Below are positions 1 to 5,253 of a stretch of 27,906 bases of DNA, piece after piece. The notes beneath the pieces were generated by a model, which was given only the letters and a program-made list of their open reading frames with translations, searched no databases and was not told the origin of the DNA. This DNA is from a virus. Its lineage: Duplodnaviria > Caudoviricetes. Position 1 is the first letter of the stretch. Each line of letters opens with the position of its first letter. The translations under genes were made by a program, and so were the position numbers. The stretch lies in the IMG/VR virus record IMGVR_UViG_3300037477_000038, positions 1 to 27,906 of that record, one strand, 5' to 3'.

Positions 1-190
1 GGATGCTCGTCTCGGTGAAGTCCTGGCCTCGGGCTAGCGCCTCGCGGCACATCTGAATGTACTCGTTCATGAGCCCGGTGAACTCGATGAAGGGGTGGCA
101 ACCGATGCGGCGAGCGTCGTTGTAGAACGCGCTGCTCGCGACCCACATCCGCGCGAGCATCTCTTCGAGCTCGGCCTGTGTATAAGTCAT
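1..190 (-). CDS. Hypothetical phage protein, runs off the left window edge (MTYTQAELEEMLARMWVASSAFYNDARRIGCHPFIEFTGLMNEYIQMC...)
   Basis: ATG at 190-188 overlaps the repressor stop (ATGA). Frame is open to position 1 with high GC3. Confidence 0.75.
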   Translation of the reverse strand, partial: MTYTQAELEEMLARMWVASSAFYNDARRIGCHPFIEFTGLMNEYIQMCREALARGQDFTETSI

Positions 191-435
191 AACGGCGCCT
201 TCTTCCCCTTGCTGCTCAGCATCAGGCGGGTGCTCGTGACCCTCTTCTCCTGCATGTAGCCTTTCTCATGCAGGCGACGAAGCGTGTATTGCGCCGCGCT
301 GTGCACGATGCCGAGATATTCGCCGAGTTGGCGCAGCGTCGGCGGCGCCCCGTACTTGTCGAGGTGCTCGCGGTACGCGCGCAGCGCCTCCTTCTCGCTC
401 GTGGTCAGTTCGTTGTTCGGTTTTCCGGCTGGCAT
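187..435 (-). CDS. LexA-type winged-HTH repressor (DNA-binding domain only, no S24 peptidase domain)
   Basis: LT..EKEAL...G.PPTLRQLGEYLGI.HSAAQYTLRRLHEKGY matches the LexA N-terminal domain pattern. Divergent from the early operon. Confidence 0.85.
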   Translation of the reverse strand: MPAGKPNNELTTSEKEALRAYREHLDKYGAPPTLRQLGEYLGIVHSAAQYTLRRLHEKGYMQEKRVTSTRLMLSSKGKKAPL

Positions 436-441
436 CCCGTG

Positions 442-470
442 AGCCTAGCCGTCCACTAGGCCGCGTGCAA
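442..470 (-). promoter_or_regulatory. Sigma70-like promoter for the repressor, probably giving a leaderless mRNA, overlapped by inverted repeat GCCTAG-N7-CTAGGC (443-461)
   Basis: Minus strand reads TTGCAC-N17-TAGGCT-N6-ATG(435). No Shine-Dalgarno. Confidence 0.6.
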
Positions 471-485
471 TGCTCTAGGCCTGCT

Positions 486-502
486 CTGGAGTGTTACTCC
501 AG
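486..502. promoter_or_regulatory. Candidate operator palindrome CTGGAGT-GTT-ACTCCAG
   Basis: Perfect 7-bp inverted repeat between the divergent promoters. Confidence 0.5.
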
Positions 503-551
503 CCCCCCATACCTACACCCCAGGAAAAAGCAAGTGGCATTCAGTTACACA

Positions 552-580
552 TCGACACGTTTGCGACACACAGCCATACT
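552..580 (+). promoter_or_regulatory. Sigma70-like promoter of the rightward early operon (xis-int-rep)
   Basis: TCGACA-N17-CATACT. CGACAC direct repeats at 553 and 564 overlap it. Confidence 0.55.
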
Positions 581-598
581 CTCCCCTTCGGCAACGGG

Positions 599-632
599 TG
601 GGTCATCGTTGACTCGGGTCAGCGATGACCCA
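599..632 (+). other. Strong RNA hairpin in the early-operon leader
   Basis: TGGGTCATCGTTGAC-TCGG-GTCAGCGATGACCCA: 15-bp stem with one G-U pair and no U-tract. Confidence 0.7.
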
Positions 633-665
633 GACCTGGCCACCCCTGAGGGAGAGAGAAGACGG

Positions 666-950
666 ATGTCAGAGCGAGCGCCCGCCAATGACAACGATGG
701 GCCCGTGTTTACGATGACACGGGCCGAGTTAGAGAGCCTGGTCAACCGCGCGGTGAGCGCCGCGCTCTACTTGCGCAGCACGACCCCGATGCTGGTCGAC
801 AAGCAGGGGCTCGCTCAGTTGCTCAGTTGCTCACCCACGCACGTGGACCACTTGCGTAAACAGGGGCTGCCGAGCAAGAAGGTCGGCAACCTCGTTCGCT
901 TCGAGCCCGCCAAGGTGCTCGAGTGGCTGCGTGACGCAGGGGTTGCCTGA
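666..950 (+). CDS. xis: Excisionase-like (MerR/Xis-type HTH) protein
   Basis: LVDKQGLAQLLSCSPTHVDHLRKQGLPSKKVGNLVRFEPAKVLEWL is a Xis-like pattern. ATG 666 follows a purine-rich RBS, and the stop overlaps the int start (TGATG). Confidence 0.8.
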   Translation: MSERAPANDNDGPVFTMTRAELESLVNRAVSAALYLRSTTPMLVDKQGLAQLLSCSPTHVDHLRKQGLPSKKVGNLVRFEPAKVLEWLRDAGVA

Positions 951-2614
951 TGGCTCGCCCGAAGAAGGAGTTCCGCTCCGAGGGCCCGCGCTTCACGAGC
1001 GGCAAGGGATGGGTCGGCCGCGTATGGCCGAGCGGCGCGACCAAGTGGTCTAGTTGGTTGCCACTCGGCACGACCGATCGCGAGCTCGCTCGCAAGATGA
1101 TCGAGGCGTGGGGTCGCACGGGTACGCCGCCCGCGGCCAAGCGCGGCGAGCGCTCCTTCACTGAAGAAGCCGAGCGCATCCTGAGTGAGAAGGCTGCCAA
1201 GGCTCAGGCCGACGCCGAGAAGAAGGCGGTCCAGTACCGGCGCGACCGCTTGCGCAAGTATGCGCTGCCCATCATCGGTCAGGTGCCGGTGGGCTTGCTC
1301 GAGCCGAGCCACATCGGTGGCGTGCTCGACCGTATGGCAGAGCAGGGCGCCTCGCTCCGGACGACTCACAACCTGCGGAGCGACATCAGCGTCATTCTCT
1401 CCAAGCTGGTACGTGAGGGTGAGCTGAAGATGAACCCCGCCAAGGAGCTGGCGTTGCCCGAAGAGGCGACGGTCGACACGCGCGAGCGGATGCACTTGAG
1501 CGACGAGCAGATGATCACGTTTCAGACGCGGCGCGGCTTCACGAGCCCGCTCGACATGAACATCCTGCTCTGCCGGTGCGTGGGTGGGCAGCGGACGAGC
1601 GACGGGCATGCGGGCGACTGGAGCCATGTGGACCTCGTGGGCTTCGCCACGATGAAAGTGCGCCGCCCGAAGACGGACGGGCAGGTAGGACAACGGGTGG
1701 GGAAGCAGAAGAGCAAGACGAAGAACTACGAGCACGCCGTGCACACGGTGCACGAGCAGTACCGACCCGCCTTGCGTGCGTACTGGCAGAGCCAGGGCTG
1801 CCCGACGAGCGGCCCCATCTTCCCGCTCTTGCGCAACGCGGTGACGACGCCCATGAAGCTGAAGGGCGGACAGGTCATCGAGCGGCAAGGGGGCACGGTG
1901 GGGGGCCGCAAGGGACGGGGCACGAGCTACGCCAAGGCGTTCCGGCGGGCGGTGTGGAAGGAGCAGATCTACTCGCCCTTGCCGGGCTTCGACCCTGCCC
2001 AGCCCGACAAGAAGTTCTGCGCCTTTCAGACGGACACCGACACGACCCGTCGCCTGACGTTCCACGGGCTGCGCGCGGATCTGAACGCGGCCCTGGTGGA
2101 GGCAGGGGTGACCGACGATCAGCGCATCGCGATTCTCGGGCACACGCAGGCGGCGACGGGGAACAAGCATTACATGAAGCGCATTCTGGTGGGGGTGCCG
2201 GCGGCGGCGTTGCCGGGCGCAATCCCGCCGTCTGGGGGTTCTGTCCCAGCGACTGGGTCAAAACCCCCACCTCGACGGGGCCTGGGTCTCGGTAACTCTG
2301 CGAAACTACTTGCGCGCCCGACTCGATTCGAACGAGTGACCTTCGGTTCCGTAGATGAAGGCTCTGCTCTCGAACCCGCACAAACTCAGGTGGATTCAAC
2401 ACCTGAGGGAGCGCTAGAGAGCCCTGGCGAGTGGGTTCTATCCCAGACATTGGGACAGAACTCAAGCTCTCGTGAATCCCTGCTCGCCGCCGCTGCTCAG
2501 GCAGTGCTCGAGGGCGACTGGGAACGCGCCGATCAGATTCGGGTGATCATCAACGCGCCGCTGCGTCTCGCACCCGTTCACAAGCTCTCAGACGCACGCA
2601 GGCGTCGTCGCTGA
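950..2614 (+). CDS. int: Tyrosine recombinase / phage integrase with internal attP
   Basis: Catalytic set R (GGQRTSD), K (RRPKT), HxxR (FHGLR), H (ILGHT), Y (NKHY). Core-binding domain ending in NPA. Confidence 0.93.
   Translation: MARPKKEFRSEGPRFTSGKGWVGRVWPSGATKWSSWLPLGTTDRELARKMIEAWGRTGTPPAAKRGERSFTEEAERILSEKAAKAQADAEKKAVQYRRDRLRKYALPIIGQVPVGLLEPSHIGGVLDRMAEQGASLRTTHNLRSDISVILSKLVREGELKMNPAKELALPEEATVDTRERMHLSDEQMITFQTRRGFTSPLDMNILLCRCVGGQRTSDGHAGDWSHVDLVGFATMKVRRPKTDGQVGQRVGKQKSKTKNYEHAVHTVHEQYRPALRAYWQSQGCPTSGPIFPLLRNAVTTPMKLKGGQVIERQGGTVGGRKGRGTSYAKAFRRAVWKEQIYSPLPGFDPAQPDKKFCAFQTDTDTTRRLTFHGLRADLNAALVEAGVTDDQRIAILGHTQAATGNKHYMKRILVGVPAAALPGAIPPSGGSVPATGSKPPPRRGLGLGNSAKLLARPTRFERVTFGSVDEGSALEPAQTQVDSTPEGALESPGEWVLSQTLGQNSSSRESLLAAAAQAVLEGDWERADQIRVIINAPLRLAPVHKLSDARRRRR
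2236..2264. repeat. attP arm-type repeat, left copy (imperfect palindrome)
   Basis: GGGTTCTGTCCCAGCGACTGGGTCAAAAC, 23/29 identical to 2433-2461. Confidence 0.7.
2312..2355 (-). other. attP: attP core = 3' half of tRNA-Arg(ACG)
   Basis: Minus strand reads T-CTACGGA-ACCGA-AGGTC-ACTCG-TTCGAAT-CGAGT-CGGGCGC-GC: anticodon loop with ACG, 3' anticodon stem, variable loop, perfect T-arm and acceptor 3' strand. The 5' half is absent. Confidence 0.9.
2385..2407. repeat. Inverted repeat in the attP right arm (possible accessory-factor site)
   Basis: CTCAGGTG-GATTCAA-CACCTGAG, perfect 8-bp arms. Confidence 0.5.
2433..2461. repeat. attP arm-type repeat, right copy (imperfect palindrome)
   Basis: GGGTTCTATCCCAGACATTGGGACAGAAC, a direct repeat of 2236-2264. 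Confidence 0.7.
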
Positions 2615-2693
2615 CGTGCGCGCGCTTACGTTCCTTTAGGTGACCACGGCGCCATGGACGGCGTCAGAGCGGGGCCAAGGAGGGCCCCACAAC

Positions 2694-3773
2694 ATGCGAC
2701 ATCAGTACACCTGCATCTTCCAAGACGTTCTCGCCAGCCGCCTCTGGGCGATGGCACCCAGCACCAGAGTCGTGTGGCTCTGGTTTCAGTTGCGCGCTGA
2801 CCCCGAGGGCTTTGTCTGCGCGTCGGTCGCAGGCGTAGCCATCGGGGCCAACGTGACGCTCGAGGCGGCCACCGCGGCGCTCGAGGAGCTCACCGAACCG
2901 GACCCCGATGCCGAGCCCGTTCAAATCCTCGAGCGGGTCCCGAGGGGCTGGCGCGTGGTTGGCTTCAAGGAGCAGCGCGAGCTCGTCGCTGTCGAGCGTC
3001 AGCGCGCGCGCAATCGCCAGTACATGAAGAGCTATCGCACACGTGTCGCCAACGACACTGAGGCTCCACCAAGTGTTACGCTAGCCTTACCAAACGTTAC
3101 GCAAAACGACGTCCCGGCCTCGCGCGCGCCCGCGTTAGATGATCCTGATCCTGTACTTACAAACTCTACAAAGTACGGAGCGGATCCGGATCTTCTAGAA
3201 AGAGCACGAGGCGTGCCAACCCCCGCACCGTACGTTGGGGTTGCCGGGACGTTCGACGCACCGGTGATGCCGACGCTGCCTGCCACGCATCACGTGTTTC
3301 CTGCCGCCTGGCTGCCCTCACAATCGCTCCGTGACGACGCGACGATGGCAGGCGTCGGCAATCTCGACGAGCGAATCCTGAGCCTCAGGAGCGGCCCCAT
3401 CGGCGGAGCGCGCGGAGTGCTCGAGGGCGAGCTCGACAACTACGTTCGCAGCTTCTTCGGTAAGTGGCGCACGTGGTCAGAGACCGACCGCGCCAAGGCT
3501 GCCGCTGCTGCTGCCGCGAAGCCTCGAGGTCAGAGCTACCGACGCCCCGGCGAGGAGCCGCCCGAGCTCGTGGACTTCGACCCTCGCTACCTCACCGTGG
3601 CCCACTCCAACTTCTGTGACCGGGCAGGCCTCGGTGACGCTGAGCCCTTGGCGCGGGAGTGGCGAGCCATCGCCATCGGGGAGGGCAAGCCGCTCACTCG
3701 CTTCGAGGCCGACAAGGCGTTCGCCAAGTGGCTCGGCAAGCGCGCCAAGGCCAACAAAGGCAGGGCAGCGTGA
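2694..3773 (+). CDS. Phage replication initiator / replisome organiser
   Basis: N-terminal YT.IF.DVL.S.LW...P.TRVVWL...L.AD.EGFV.AS..G.A..ANV winged-helix pattern, then RARNRQYMKSYR helix and a low-complexity linker. AAGGAGG lies upstream of ATG 2694. Confidence 0.75.
   Translation: MRHQYTCIFQDVLASRLWAMAPSTRVVWLWFQLRADPEGFVCASVAGVAIGANVTLEAATAALEELTEPDPDAEPVQILERVPRGWRVVGFKEQRELVAVERQRARNRQYMKSYRTRVANDTEAPPSVTLALPNVTQNDVPASRAPALDDPDPVLTNSTKYGADPDLLERARGVPTPAPYVGVAGTFDAPVMPTLPATHHVFPAAWLPSQSLRDDATMAGVGNLDERILSLRSGPIGGARGVLEGELDNYVRSFFGKWRTWSETDRAKAAAAAAAKPRGQSYRRPGEEPPELVDFDPRYLTVAHSNFCDRAGLGDAEPLAREWRAIAIGEGKPLTRFEADKAFAKWLGKRAKANKGRAA
3071..3200. other. Candidate replication origin inside the initiator gene
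   Basis: Local drop in GC. Phased TTAC repeats at 3076, 3087 and 3097, TACAAA twice, and four GATC sites (3141, 3147, 3183, 3189). Confidence 0.45.
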
Positions 3774-3988
3774 ACCGCCGCGTAGCACTCGAGAGAGCGC
3801 GTGCTGACGCCCAGCGGCTAGCCCAGGCCCGCAAGGAAGCTTGGGAGAAGGACCCCGGCAACCTCAGCATTGCCCACAACATCTTCAATGCCTGGGGATA
3901 TCACCAGGCCCACAACGACTGGTCCCGGGCGATGGAACGCGTGCAGGCGTGCGAGGCGGAGTGCCGCAAGCCGGGGGAGGACACCTGA
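3770..3988 (+). CDS. Hypothetical protein (72 aa)
   Basis: GTGA overlap with rep and TGATG overlap with the methyltransferase. High GC3. Confidence 0.7.
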   Translation: MNRRVALERARADAQRLAQARKEAWEKDPGNLSIAHNIFNAWGYHQAHNDWSRAMERVQACEAECRKPGEDT

Positions 3989-4599
3989 TGCTGGCCATGG
4001 TCCCGAAGAACCACCCGAACCACCGCAAGGGCAAGGGTGCGCTGGACTCAGTCGACGACCGCGAGACGCCGCCGGACGTCTACGATCCGCTGAACCAAGA
4101 ATTTCACTTCACGCTCGACGCGGCTGCCTCCCGTCACAACGCCAAGTGCCGGCGCTACTACACGCTCGGCCCGAGCCCGCTCTATATCGCTCGGCAGCTC
4201 AGCATCTTCCCCGAGGAGTTTGTCGGCGATACGGACGCGCTCGGCTTCGATGGCCTGGCGCACGAGTGGGGGCCCGGAGAGCGGGTCTGGGTCAACCCGC
4301 CCTTTAGCGACCTCGAGCCCTGGGTGAAGAAAGCGACCTACTGCGGCGCCACCGTCGTGATGCTCTTGCCGGCGAACCGCTGCGAGCAGCCCTACTGGCA
4401 GCGCTACATCGAGCCCTACCGTGATTACCGCTGCGCCAACTTTCTCGTCGAGACCCGCTTCCTCGCTGGCCGCCGCTGCTTCCGCAACCGAGGCGCAGCC
4501 ATCACCAACCGGACCAGCCGCAATCCACCGTTCGGCATCGTCATCGTCATCTGGGACAGAAGGGAGAGCTATCGCAATGAGCCAGCCAACGACACCTGA
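3988..4599 (+). CDS. Phage DNA N6-adenine methyltransferase (T1 Dam-like family)
   Basis: D.RETPPDVYDPLNQEFHFTLDAAAS..NAKC..YYT, DGL.HEW, VWVNPPFS (catalytic motif IV) and VMLLPA. Confidence 0.9.
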   Translation: MLAMVPKNHPNHRKGKGALDSVDDRETPPDVYDPLNQEFHFTLDAAASRHNAKCRRYYTLGPSPLYIARQLSIFPEEFVGDTDALGFDGLAHEWGPGERVWVNPPFSDLEPWVKKATYCGATVVMLLPANRCEQPYWQRYIEPYRDYRCANFLVETRFLAGRRCFRNRGAAITNRTSRNPPFGIVIVIWDRRESYRNEPANDT

Positions 4600-4750
4600 G
4601 TGGTGCGAGCCACCCAAAGACGAGCCGAGGCGGTGCTTTCGGTTCAGCCAACAAGACGTAAACCGCAGTCGCAGCAAGGGGCAGAAGAAGGGGATCGTCA
4701 GCCGATACGCGCTGCGCAACCTGCCTCCCGTCGAGGAGGACGAGCCATGA
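4577..4750 (+). CDS. Hypothetical protein (57 aa)
   Basis: ATG 4577 after GGGAGAG. ATGA coupling to the next ORF. Confidence 0.55.
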   Translation: MSQPTTPEWCEPPKDEPRRCFRFSQQDVNRSRSKGQKKGIVSRYALRNLPPVEEDEP

Positions 4751-4953
4751 CCTATCCCGATCCACTTGTATTGCCAGAGCCCGAAGAGCCGCCGCTAGAG
4801 GTGCTCACCGATGATGCCTCCTGGGATGCTGAACTCCAGGCGCTAGTGGCAATCGCGAGCACGTTGGAGCCGCTCGACGATGCTGCTCGCCATAGGGTCA
4901 TGCTCTGGGCACGCATGCGCTTTCTCCCTGGTTACGCGCTGGTGACCAAATGA
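4747..4953 (+). CDS. Hypothetical protein (68 aa)
   Basis: GAGGAGG RBS and ATGA overlap with the preceding ORF. Confidence 0.65.
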   Translation: MTYPDPLVLPEPEEPPLEVLTDDASWDAELQALVAIASTLEPLDDAARHRVMLWARMRFLPGYALVTK

Positions 4954-4992
4954 CCGTACCAACCTGGCCCACCACTGCACAAACATCACGCC

Positions 4993-5020
4993 TTGAACAT
5001 GTTCAACGCTGTAGTACATT
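4993..5020 (+). promoter_or_regulatory. Promoter with overlapping perfect palindrome TTGAACATGTTCAA (4993-5006)
   Basis: TTGAAC-N16-TACATT. The 14-bp palindrome covers the -35 box. Confidence 0.6.
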
Positions 5021-5034
5021 GACTGGAGTCGAGT

Positions 5035-5253
5035 TTGACCCCTAAGCCAATTCCCTATCGCCTCTACCGCGGGTCACCGCGGACATCTGCAGCAAACGAC
5101 AACGCCGGCCGCATCATCCGATACTCCCGATGGGAGTTTCGGGTGGGCGACGACACGGTGTCCACACTCAAAGACGCCGAGATTCTCTCACGAGACACCG
5201 GCAATCCCATCTACTGCGTGCTCACGACACGGAAGAAAGCAGCAAACAAATGA
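5035..5253 (+). CDS. Hypothetical protein (72 aa) containing AANDN
   Basis: TTG start after GGAG. ATGA overlap with the exonuclease gene. Confidence 0.6.
   Translation: MTPKPIPYRLYRGSPRTSAANDNAGRIIRYSRWEFRVGDDTVSTLKDAEILSRDTGNPIYCVLTTRKKAANK

Noticed and set aside
465-665. N-terminal extension of the Xis-like ORF from 465
   Set aside because: It runs through promoters, palindromes and the leader hairpin. ATG 666 has the RBS.
815-2170. 451-aa minus-strand ORF
   Set aside because: Antisense shadow of the integrase, typical of high-GC3 DNA.
2260-2282. Minus-strand terminator for the reconstituted tRNA (CCCCGTCGAGGTGGGGGTTTT)
   Set aside because: The stem is short and relies on G-U pairs, and it overlaps the arm repeat. 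Plausible but not supportable.
2312-2390. Complete tRNA-Arg gene
   Set aside because: Similarity stops at the anticodon stem-loop. There is no D-arm or 5' acceptor strand, so it is an att core, not a gene.
3841-3987. Longer start for the methyltransferase (and likewise the extended starts at 5130, 7877, 8326, 15156 and 25052 in the ORF track)
   Set aside because: These overlap better-supported upstream genes. Coupled or RBS-supported starts at 3988, 5250, 7769, 8104, 14907 and 24767 fit better.
4950-5045. 31-codon ORF coupled by ATGA
   Set aside because: Low GC3, and it spans the promoter and palindrome.
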